In this document: positions 18,903 through 27,017 of the stretch, piece after piece
Layout of the letters: each line of letters opens with the position of its first letter
Numbering within the stretch: the stretch's first letter is position 1
DNA from: Sinorhizobium meliloti
GTDB lineage: Bacteria > Pseudomonadota > Alphaproteobacteria > Rhizobiales > Rhizobiaceae
DNA length: 32,000 bases
Direction of reading: 5' to 3'
NCBI RefSeq assembly: GCF_017876815.1
Contig: NZ_JAGIOS010000001.1
Span: forward strand, 1,440,001 to 1,472,000
The notes under the pieces: model-generated
Databases searched by the model: none
Told to the model about the DNA's origin: nothing
Seen by the model: only the letters and a program-made list of their open reading frames with translations
Made by a program: the position numbers and the translations under genes

Positions 18903-20084
18903 ATGAGCAATCCCTCGATCGTCATCGCCAGCGCGGCTCGCACGGCCGTCGGCTCCTTCAACGGCGCCTTCGGCAATACTCTCGCGCACGAACTGGGTGC
19001 GGCCGCCATCAAGGCGGTGCTGGAGCGGGCTGGCGTCGAAGCGGGCGAGGTGGACGAGGTGATCCTCGGTCAGGTGCTGCCGGCGGGCGAGGGGCAGAAT
19101 CCTGCGCGGCAAGCGGCGATGAAGGCCGGTCTCCCGCAGGAAAAGACCGCCTGGGGCATGAACCAGCTTTGCGGCTCGGGCCTGCGCGCCGTAGCGCTCG
19201 GCATGCAGCAGATCGCAACCGGCGATGCGAAGGTCATCGTTGCCGGCGGCATGGAGTCGATGTCGATGGCGCCGCATTGCGCGCACCTGCGCGGCGGCGT
19301 GAAGATGGGCGACTACAAGATGATCGACACGATGATCAAGGACGGCCTGACGGATGCCTTCTACGGCTACCACATGGGCATCACCGCCGAGAACGTTGCG
19401 CGGAAATGGCAGCTGACGCGCGAGGAACAGGACGAATTCGCGCTTGCCTCCCAGAACAAGGCGGAAGCGGCCCAGAAGGCCGGCCGTTTCGCCGACGAGA
19501 TCGTGCCTTTCGTCGTGAAGACGCGCAAGGGCGACGTAAACGTGGATCAGGACGAGTACATCCGCCACGGTGCCACGCTGGATTCGATCGCAAAGCTCCG
19601 CCCGGCCTTCGACAAGGAAGGTACTGTGACCGCGGGCAACGCTTCGGGTCTCAACGACGGTGCCGCCGCGGCGCTCTTGATGACCGAGGCCGAGGCGGCC
19701 CGGCGCGGCATCCAGCCGCTTGCCCGCATCGTCTCCTGGGCCACGGCAGGCGTCGACCCGCAGATCATGGGCACCGGCCCCATCCCCGCATCGCGCAAGG
19801 CCCTCGAAAAGGCCGGCTGGTCGGTCGCCGATATCGAGCTCGTGGAGGCGAACGAGGCTTTCGCGGCTCAGGCCTGCGCCGTCAACAAGGACCTCGGCTG
19901 GGATCCTTCGATCGTCAACGTCAATGGCGGAGCGATCGCCATCGGCCATCCGATCGGTGCCTCCGGTGCCCGCGTGCTGAACACGCTTCTTTTCGAAATG
20001 AAGCGGCGCGGCGTCTCCAAGGGGCTTGCCACCCTGTGCATCGGCGGCGGCATGGGCGTCGCCATGTGCGTGGAACGCCTGTAA
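18903..20084 (+). CDS. phaA: Acetyl-CoA acetyltransferase (beta-ketothiolase)
   Basis: 393 aa thiolase with the active-site regions [18 protein letters not shown] and [14 protein letters not shown]...LCIGGGMG. Confidence 0.95.
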   Translation: MSNPSIVIASAARTAVGSFNGAFGNTLAHELGAAAIKAVLERAGVEAGEVDEVILGQVLPAGEGQNPARQAAMKAGLPQEKTAWGMNQLCGSGLRAVALGMQQIATGDAKVIVAGGMESMSMAPHCAHLRGGVKMGDYKMIDTMIKDGLTDAFYGYHMGITAENVARKWQLTREEQDEFALASQNKAEAAQKAGRFADEIVPFVVKTRKGDVNVDQDEYIRHGATLDSIAKLRPAFDKEGTVTAGNASGLNDGAAAALLMTEAEAARRGIQPLARIVSWATAGVDPQIMGTGPIPASRKALEKAGWSVADIELVEANEAFAAQACAVNKDLGWDPSIVNVNGGAIAIGHPIGASGARVLNTLLFEMKRRGVSKGLATLCIGGGMGVAMCVERL

Positions 20085-20201
20085 CCGGCCTCCCGCGATG
20101 CGGGCAAGTTTCGGATCAGATGATGCACATCAGCGGCCCGGGCTCGCCGGGCTGCAGGGGCGTGCTTTTGCAAATTTGACTTAACCGAGTGGGAGGCGAG
20201 T

Positions 20202-20927
20202 ATGAGCAGGGTAGCACTGGTAACGGGCGGATCCCGCGGCATTGGCGCTGCGATTTGCGTGGCGCTGAAGGCTGCGGGCTACAAGGTGGCCGCAAACTAT
20301 GCCGGAAATGACGAGAGGGCCAAGGCCTTCGAGCAGGAAAGCGGCATTCCCGTCTACAAATGGGACGTATCGAGCTATCAGGCCTGCGTCGATGGCATCG
20401 CCAGGGTCGAGGCCGACCTCGGACCGGTCGACATCCTCGTCAACAATGCCGGCATCACCCGTGACGCCATGTTCCACAAGATGACGCCGGAACAGTGGGG
20501 CGAAGTGATCGGCACCAATCTCACCGGCGTCTTCAACATGACGCATCCGCTGTGGTCGGGCATGCGCGACCGCGGCTTCGGCCGTATCGTCAACATCTCG
20601 TCGATCAACGGCCAGAAGGGGCAGATGGGCCAGGTGAACTATTCCGCCGCCAAGGCCGGCGATCTCGGCTTGACCAAGGCGCTGGCCCAGGAAGGGGCGG
20701 CGAAAGGGATCACCGTCAACGCGATTTGCCCCGGCTATATCGGCACCGAGATGGTGCGCGCCGTTCCGGAAAAGGTGCTCAACGAGCGGATCATTCCCCA
20801 GATACCCGTCGGACGCCTCGGCGAGCCGGAGGAAGTGGCACGCTGCGTCGTGTTTCTCGCTTCCGACGACGCGGGCTTCATCACCGGCTCGACGATTTCG
20901 GCCAATGGCGGCCAGTACTTCGCCTGA
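20202..20927 (+). CDS. phaB: Acetoacetyl-CoA reductase (SDR family)
   Basis: 241 aa with VTGGSRGIG (Rossmann fold), NNAGIT and YSAAKAG (catalytic Y-x3-K). GGGAGG SD. Confidence 0.93.
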   Translation: MSRVALVTGGSRGIGAAICVALKAAGYKVAANYAGNDERAKAFEQESGIPVYKWDVSSYQACVDGIARVEADLGPVDILVNNAGITRDAMFHKMTPEQWGEVIGTNLTGVFNMTHPLWSGMRDRGFGRIVNISSINGQKGQMGQVNYSAAKAGDLGLTKALAQEGAAKGITVNAICPGYIGTEMVRAVPEKVLNERIIPQIPVGRLGEPEEVARCVVFLASDDAGFITGSTISANGGQYFA

Positions 20928-20947
20928 GGCATGGTGCCCTCGGCTTT

Positions 20948-20980
20948 CCGGCGCCCTTCGGGGCGCCGGATTCGTTTCGG
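20948..20980 (+). terminator. Rho-independent terminator after phaB
   Basis: CCGGCGCCC-ttcg-GGGCGCCGG perfect 9-bp stem at 20948-20969, followed by ATTCGTTTCGG. Confidence 0.6.
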
Positions 20981-21601
20981 CCCTGGCACTAGATATTGTG
21001 GTGAACGAAAGGGGAAAACGTTCCCGCCGGCGAGTCGGCGTTGCTCTGCCCCGGCAGGAGGCGGGTGCCTGTGAAGCGATTCCTATTTCCGGACTCGGCC
21101 GATCGGCAGCGAATCCCGTTAAAATTTTTCAATCTTTCCAGACTCTTGGATTCGGAATCCTTTGCGTGGTCAACGTCCGCAATGACGCCAAACGAAGCCG
21201 ATCGGCAACTTCTGAGGGGTGATCCTCCCTTGGATTCAGCATATGGTGCGTAACTAGATGTTGAAATCTATATATAGCCGTGAACATAAAGTGAATCAGC
21301 GGGAGTCAGCGATTCGTCTCTGATTCGTTCCGTCGCTGTTCCAGAATCCTGAACGAGAGTTCTAAGGGGAGGCGCAAGATATGGTTGCCGATTGGCGTAT
21401 TTATTCCCCGTGGACCCTTGCGTTTGGCACGTCGCATAGGCATCTGTTTCCCGCCGGAGCATGAAAGCGCGCCGGCTCTCAGTGCGTGTTCCATAAATCG
21501 GAGCCGTTTTACGGATAATACATACGGAAAATCAGCACTGCAGCGAGCTTCGCGCGACCAAAAGAAGTGCGGCGCTGCAGAGACTGCCCGGGATCGAGAC
21601 C

Positions 21602-24600
21602 TTGTCCTTTCAATCCATGATCCTGAGCGGCCGCGGCGTGACCGCGGTGCTCGGACCCACCAACACCGGCAAGACCCATTATGCGATCGAGCGCATGATC
21701 GCGCATGACAGCGGCGTCATAGGGCTTCCGCTGAGATTGCTCGCGCGCGAGGTCTACACCCGTCTCGTGGAGAAGGTCGGTCACCACAATGTCGCGCTGA
21801 TCACGGGCGAGGAAAAGATCGCGCCGCATCGCGCCCGTTACTCGGTCTGCACGGTGGAGGCGATGCCGCGCGAGACGACGGCCTCCTTCGTGGCGATCGA
21901 CGAGGTTCAGCTCGCAGGCGATCTCGAACGCGGCCACATCTTCACGGACCGGATCCTGCACCTGCGCGGCCGCGGCGAGACGCTGCTGCTCGGCGCCGCG
22001 ACGATGCGGCCGATCCTCGAATATCTGCTGCCCGGCATCACCGTCGTCGAGCGGCCGCGCATGTCGCAGCTTCTCTATGCCGGCTCCAAGAAAATCACCC
22101 GCCTGCCGAACCGCTCGGCAATCGTCGCCTTTTCGGCCGACGAGGTCTATGCGATCGCGGAGCTCATCCGGCGCCAGCGCGGCGGCGCGGCCGTCGTACT
22201 GGGCGCGCTTTCGCCGCGAACCCGCAATGCGCAGGTGGCACTCTATCAGGAGGGGGACGTCGACTATCTCGTGGCGACCGACGCGATCGGCATGGGGCTG
22301 AACCTCGACGTCGATCATGTCGCCTTCGCTCAGGACCGGAAGTTCGACGGCTACCAATACCGTAACCTCAATCCGGCGGAGCTCGCCCAGGTCGCAGGGC
22401 GCGCGGGCAGGCATGTCCGGGACGGGACCTTCGGCGTGACCGGACGCGTCGATCCGTTTGACGAGGACCTGGTGCACCGCATCGAATCGCATGAGTTCGA
22501 CCCTGTCCGGGTGTTGCAATGGCGCTCCAAGGCGCTCGACTTTTCTTCGCTGAAGGCACTGAGAAAGAGCCTCGAGGCCGCACCGGCGGTATCGGGCCTG
22601 GCGCGGGCGCTCCCGGCCGTCGATCAGCAGGCGCTCGAGCATCTGACCCGCTACCCGGAGATCGTCGACGTCGCCACGGCGTCCGAGCGCGTCGAGAAGC
22701 TCTGGGAAGCCTGCGCGCTCCCGGATTATCGCCGCATCACGCCGGCCCAGCATGCGGATCTGATCTCGACCATCTATGCCGACCTCGTTCGCCATGGCAC
22801 GGTCAACGAGGATTTCATGGCCGAACAGGTCCGGCGCGCCGATCATACGGACGGCGAAATCGACACACTTTCGGCGCGAATTGCGCAGATCAGGACCTGG
22901 ACCTATGTATCCAACCGGCCCGGGTGGCTTGCCGATCCGACACACTGGCAAGAAAAGACGCGGGAAATCGAAGATCGATTGTCCGACGCGCTACATGAAA
23001 GGTTGACGAAACGCTTTGTTGATCGCAGGACATCTGTGCTCATGAAGCGCCTGAGAGAGAATGCGATGCTGGAAGCAGAAATCAGTGTGAATGGTGATGT
23101 CTTCGTCGAGGGACACCATGTGGGTCAGCTAGCCGGTTTCCGGTTCACGCTCGCCGCGGGCAGCGAGGGAACGGACGCGAAGGCCGTTCAGGGTGCCGCC
23201 CATAAGGCGCTCGCGCTGGAATTCGAAGCGCGCGCCGCTCGTCTCCATGCGGCCGGCAACGGCGACCTGGCCCTGTCGTCGGACGGTCTCGTCCGTTGGC
23301 TCGGCGATCCGGTCGCGCGGCTCACGGCGAGCGACCACGTCATGCGTCCCCGCGTCATCCTGCTTGCCGACGAGCAGCTCCAGGCCAATGCCCGCGAACA
23401 CGTGCTGGCGCGGATCGAGCGTTTCGTGAACCATCACATCAGCACGGTGCTGAAGCCTCTGGACGACATTTCGCGCGCCGAGGATCTCGAGGGTCTCGCC
23501 AAGGGTCTCGCCTTCCAGATCGTCGAGAATCTCGGCGTGCTCTTCCGTCGCGACGTCGCCGAGGAGGTGAAGTCGCTCGATCAGGAGAGCCGCGCGTCGA
23601 TTCGCAGATACGGTGTACGCTTCGGCGCCTATCACATCTTCCTCCCCGCGCTTCTGAAGCCGGCTCCGGCGGAGCTGATCACGCTTCTCTGGGCGCTGAA
23701 GAACGACGGGCTGGACAAGCCCGGCTACGGCGAGCTCATCCCGATGCTTGCTGCCGGCCGCACCTCCGTCGTCACCGATCCGTCCTTCGAGCGGACCTTC
23801 TACAAGCTCGCGGGCTTCCGGTTCCTCGGCAAGCGCGCGGTGCGGATCGATATCCTGGAGCGGCTTGCCGATCTCATCCGTCCGCTCCTGCAGTGGAAGC
23901 CGGGGACATCGCCGCGTCCGGACGGCGCCTATGACGGCCGCCGTTTCGTCGCGACGACGTCGATGTTGTCCATTCTCGGGGCAACGCCCGATGACATGGA
24001 GGAAATCCTCAAGGGTCTCGGCTATCGCGCGGACGCCGTGACGGCCGAGGAGGCGGCAGCTTTCCTGGCAAGCCAGAATGGGGAGACGGCGCCTGCCGAA
24101 GAGGCCGGTGCGAGTGTAGCGGATGCGGGGAGCGTCGAGGCTGAAGCCGCGGATGCGCCGACCGCAGAGACGGAAGCCACCGGAACCGCGGCTGCCGAGG
24201 CGCCGGCCGCGCCGGCTGCAGAGACGGAAGCCGCCGATACCGCAGCTGCCGAGACGCAGGCCGCGCCGGCGGGCGACGATGCGGCGGCACCGGCTGAGCC
24301 GGAGGCCCCGGCTGAAGCCAAGCCGGTGCTCCTGTGGCGTCCGGGCACCCGTCAGGACAATCAGCGACAGGGCGGTCGCCAGGGCGAACAGCGCCGGGGC
24401 GGCCAGCGCCATGGCCAGACCGAAGGCCGCGAGGGCGGCCGCAGGCAGGCCCCTCACGGCAAGTCGCAGGGCAAGTCGCAGGGCAAGCCCTGGGAAGGCA
24501 AGCCGCAGGAGGGCAAGGGGTCTGAAGGAAGGCCGGGCGGCCAGCGAAAAGACCGCGGCGACCGGCACGATCGAAACAAGTCGTCTCCTCCCAAGTTCGA

Positions 24601-24688
24601 AGGGCGCCCGCCCCGCAAGGAAAAACCGATCGATCCGGATTCACCTTTCGCCAAGCTCGCTGCTCTGAAGGAGCAGATGAAGAAGTAG
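21602..24688 (+). CDS. Suv3-like superfamily-2 ATP-dependent helicase with a long low-complexity C-terminal tail
   Basis: GPTNTGKTH (Walker A), AIDEVQ (motif II), ATDAIGMGLNL and QVAGRAGR match the Suv3/SUPV3L1 helicase core as recalled. About 500 aa of lineage-specific sequence follow, then an Ala/Glu/Thr-rich acidic stretch and a Gly/Arg/Gln/Lys-rich basic stretch. The start is uncertain (TTG 21602 or ATG 21617). Confidence 0.85.
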   Translation: MSFQSMILSGRGVTAVLGPTNTGKTHYAIERMIAHDSGVIGLPLRLLAREVYTRLVEKVGHHNVALITGEEKIAPHRARYSVCTVEAMPRETTASFVAIDEVQLAGDLERGHIFTDRILHLRGRGETLLLGAATMRPILEYLLPGITVVERPRMSQLLYAGSKKITRLPNRSAIVAFSADEVYAIAELIRRQRGGAAVVLGALSPRTRNAQVALYQEGDVDYLVATDAIGMGLNLDVDHVAFAQDRKFDGYQYRNLNPAELAQVAGRAGRHVRDGTFGVTGRVDPFDEDLVHRIESHEFDPVRVLQWRSKALDFSSLKALRKSLEAAPAVSGLARALPAVDQQALEHLTRYPEIVDVATASERVEKLWEACALPDYRRITPAQHADLISTIYADLVRHGTVNEDFMAEQVRRADHTDGEIDTLSARIAQIRTWTYVSNRPGWLADPTHWQEKTREIEDRLSDALHERLTKRFVDRRTSVLMKRLRENAMLEAEISVNGDVFVEGHHVGQLAGFRFTLAAGSEGTDAKAVQGAAHKALALEFEARAARLHAAGNGDLALSSDGLVRWLGDPVARLTASDHVMRPRVILLADEQLQANAREHVLARIERFVNHHISTVLKPLDDISRAEDLEGLAKGLAFQIVENLGVLFRRDVAEEVKSLDQESRASIRRYGVRFGAYHIFLPALLKPAPAELITLLWALKNDGLDKPGYGELIPMLAAGRTSVVTDPSFERTFYKLAGFRFLGKRAVRIDILERLADLIRPLLQWKPGTSPRPDGAYDGRRFVATTSMLSILGATPDDMEEILKGLGYRADAVTAEEAAAFLASQNGETAPAEEAGASVADAGSVEAEAADAPTAETEATGTAAAEAPAAPAAETEAADTAAAETQAAPAGDDAAAPAEPEAPAEAKPVLLWRPGTRQDNQRQGGRQGEQRRGGQRHGQTEGREGGRRQAPHGKSQGKSQGKPWEGKPQEGKGSEGRPGGQRKDRGDRHDRNKSSPPKFEGRPPRKEKPIDPDSPFAKLAALKEQMKK

Positions 24689-24697
24689 GTCAGGCCC

Positions 24698-25129
24698 ATG
24701 GAAAAGCAGCCGCCGTCCGCCCCTGCAATGCGCCAGCGGCTCGACAAGTGGCTGTTCTTCGCCCGGCTGATCAAATCGCGCTCGCTCGCCCAGAAGGCGA
24801 TAGAGGCGGGTCATGTGGCGGTCAACGGCAAGCGTGAGACGCAATCGTCCGCCCAGATCAAGGCCGGCGACATGCTCGAGGTATCGCTGGAGCGGCGCGA
24901 TCTCGTCGTGCGCGTGCTGCTGCCCGGGTCCCGCCGCGGCCCCTATGAGGAAGCGCGCCTGCTCTACGAGGATCTGACTCCCGCCGTGCCCGCCGGCAGG
25001 CCGACGCTTTTCGAGCAGGCGACGCGCGACCGCGGAGCGGGGCGGCCGACAAAGCGGGACCGCCGCGAGACGGACCGCTTGCGGCCGGGGCCGGACCGCT
25101 TGCGGCCGGGGGACCTGGAAGACGACTGA
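24698..25129 (+). CDS. S4-domain RNA-binding protein (Hsp15/HslR-like)
   Basis: MRQRLDKWLFFARLIKSRSLAQKAIEAGHVAVNG... is an S4 alpha-L motif. It starts 9 nt after the helicase stop. The basic C-terminal tail contains a 21-nt tandem duplication. Confidence 0.8.
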   Translation: MEKQPPSAPAMRQRLDKWLFFARLIKSRSLAQKAIEAGHVAVNGKRETQSSAQIKAGDMLEVSLERRDLVVRVLLPGSRRGPYEEARLLYEDLTPAVPAGRPTLFEQATRDRGAGRPTKRDRRETDRLRPGPDRLRPGDLEDD

Positions 25130-25513
25130 TTTTCAGACATTGGATCCGGCGCCGTACACTGTCGGAGGCGGCCTGCAGCCGATTTCGGCACGCCCGTCCC
25201 GAGGCTGGAAAACTGTGCCCCCACAGGGGCAAATCGCGCATGGATAATTCTTGCAAAGGCCCGTCAAAGCCTTTACGTGACAAGCAACGCTACAGTGCCG
25301 AACGCCCCGTTCGAGGGGCGAAGGTTGGTGTAGCAGCTTGAACCGATGTGTGGTTTCACCGGATCGATTCCGATTCACGAAGCCATGCAGAGGATGGCAT
25401 TCGGGTCTGCCTCGGCAGCTATGCGCGCCGGACATGCCTAGCATGCGCGGGCGATCGAGTATCACCGTTGATTGCCGTCTGCCATCAAATGTGAGCATTG
25501 GCTGGAGTACCTC

Positions 25514-25852
25514 ATGACGTATGTCGTGACCGATAACTGCATTCGCTGCAAGTACACCGACTGCGTTGAAGTCTGCCCGGTGGATTGTTTCTATGAGGGG
25601 GAGAACTTCCTCGTCATCCACCCGGATGAATGCATCGACTGCGGCGTATGCGAGCCGGAATGTCCCGCGGGCGCAATCAAGCCCGATACCGAGCCGGGCC
25701 TCGATATGTGGTTGAAACTGAACGCGGAATTTTCCACACAGTGGCCGAACATCACCGTCAAGCGCGACCCGCTGCCGGAGGCCAAGGAGATGGATGGCGT
25801 AGAAGAAAAATACGAGAAGTATTTTTCTTCGGAACCGGGACAGGGCGACTGA
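25514..25852 (+). CDS. fdxA: 7Fe ferredoxin ([3Fe-4S][4Fe-4S], Azotobacter FdxA type)
   Basis: [29 protein letters not shown]...[12 protein letters not shown] cysteine pattern, with GGAG SD 7 nt upstream. The internal ATG is chosen over the track start at 25472. Confidence 0.93.
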   Translation: MTYVVTDNCIRCKYTDCVEVCPVDCFYEGENFLVIHPDECIDCGVCEPECPAGAIKPDTEPGLDMWLKLNAEFSTQWPNITVKRDPLPEAKEMDGVEEKYEKYFSSEPGQGD

Positions 25853-25982
25853 GGCGGGTTTCGGCCGCTCGGTTCGTCACGGCTGACGGACGACAGATGG
25901 CGAGGCCGGAAAGCTGGGGAAATCCCGCCGGCACTTCGCGCTTGCGAGCGCGGCGACTTGATCGTTGCCGTGCAGCAAATTA

Positions 25983-26011
25983 TTGATTTCCGCTCTTTTT
26001 TGTGATAGTTT
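25983..26011 (+). promoter_or_regulatory. Candidate sigma-70 promoter for carD
   Basis: TTGATT-N17-TAGTTT in an AT-rich patch about 250 nt upstream of carD. Sequence pattern only. Confidence 0.3.
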
Positions 26012-26261
26012 TCATACACTGATCCACAGAGGGTGCTTTTGCGCGCCCGAAAACCAGCACGAAAGCACACGATCTCCACCGCGCGGCACTTTTGAGATAT
26101 GCAACGGCCCGTTGCTTGTGACTGCGCCATAAGAGCTTGTTTGCGTTTCGTTGGAGGACCAGGTGGACCCACCCGGCGGTATCTCCGTCTATCCCGGGCC
26201 TGACTGACCCGGCCCCGGCCCCTGTGAGGGCCGGGTGCGCACTAGGGAGTGTTTGAAACGA

Positions 26262-26831
26262 ATGACCACCCAGCAGAAGAAATCTTCAACGCGCCAAGGC
26301 TTCAAGACCGGTGAATCGATCGTTTACCCGGCCCATGGCGTTGGCCAGATCGTCGCGATCGAGGAGCAGGAAGTCGCGGGCATGAAGCTCGAACTCTTTG
26401 TCATCGACTTCGAGAAGGACAAGATGCGTCTCAAGGTGCCGGTGGCGAAGGCTGTGGGCATCGGCATGCGTAAGCTGTCCGAAACCGATTTCGTCGACCG
26501 CGCGTTGAAGGTCGTGCAGGGCAAGGCGCGCGTGAAGCGGACCATGTGGTCGCGCCGCGCTCAGGAATACGATGCCAAGATCAATTCCGGCGATCTCATT
26601 TCCATCGCGGAAGTCGTACGCGACCTCTATCGCGCCGAGAACCAGCCGGAACAGTCCTATTCCGAGCGCCAGCTCTATGAAGCCGCGCTTGACCGGATGG
26701 CGCGCGAAATCGCTGCCGTGAACAGGATGTCGGAAACTGAGGCCGTTCGCCTTGTCGAGGCCAATCTCAACAAGGGCCCGAAGCGCGGCAAGGCTATCGA
26801 AGAAGACGACGCACAGGACGAAGCCGCTTAA
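26262..26831 (+). CDS. carD: CarD/CdnL-family RNA-polymerase-binding transcription factor
   Basis: FKTGESIVYPAHGVGQIVAIEEQEVAGMKLELFVIDF is the CarD_TRCF RNAP-interacting domain. ATG 26262 is chosen over the track start at 26235. Confidence 0.9.
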   Translation: MTTQQKKSSTRQGFKTGESIVYPAHGVGQIVAIEEQEVAGMKLELFVIDFEKDKMRLKVPVAKAVGIGMRKLSETDFVDRALKVVQGKARVKRTMWSRRAQEYDAKINSGDLISIAEVVRDLYRAENQPEQSYSERQLYEAALDRMAREIAAVNRMSETEAVRLVEANLNKGPKRGKAIEEDDAQDEAA

Positions 26832-26856
26832 GCACTCCTTGCGTAAAATCAATCAG

Positions 26857-26887
26857 AAAAGCCCGGCTCCAAAGGCCGGGCTTTTTT
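26857..26887 (+). terminator. Rho-independent terminator after carD
   Basis: AAAA-GCCCGGC-tccaaag-GCCGGGC-TTTTTTG: perfect 7-bp GC stem plus a T6 run. Confidence 0.85.
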
Positions 26888-27017
26888 GTTGCCCTATGTT
26901 CCATGAAGCTGAGCGCCCGATTGCGCGAGAAGCCGAGAGCCGGGCGCGGCGCAGCCGCGTTACAATCGGTGGGGCGTATAGCGGCGGGACCCACAATCAA
27001 AAATCGCGACCGCCCGC

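Noticed and set aside
21213-21230. A CCUCCC anti-Shine-Dalgarno-like motif next to the PHB genes, reminiscent of the C-rich seed regions of rhizobial trans-sRNAs that regulate PHB and phasins.
   Set aside because: The motif would sit in the stem of a weak AGGGG/UCCCU hairpin. There is no adjacent promoter pattern or intrinsic terminator. I cannot link it to any known sRNA locus from memory.
21041-21253. A 70-aa ORF (or a 60-aa version from GTG 21071, preceded by AGGAGG) in the phaB-helicase spacer.
   Set aside because: Only about half of its third codon positions are G or C, far below the neighbouring genes. There are no recognisable motifs. I keep it only as part of the general 'unexplained spacer' finding.
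24120-24500. Short tandem and imperfect repeats in the 3' part of the helicase gene, considered as a possible CRISPR or VNTR array.
   Set aside because: The repeats are in frame within a continuous ORF and encode low-complexity peptide. There is no repeat-spacer periodicity or nearby cas genes.
25355-25390. A tRNA-like T-arm resemblance (CACCGGATCGATTCCGATT).
   Set aside because: The T stem does not pair (ACCGG versus CCGAT). No acceptor, D or anticodon arms can be built around it.
26020-26028. A DnaA-box-like nonamer, TGATCCACA, upstream of carD.
   Set aside because: It is a single isolated copy. A 9-mer of this kind can easily occur by chance in 32 kb, and there is no cluster or AT-rich unwinding element typical of an origin or DnaA-regulated promoter.
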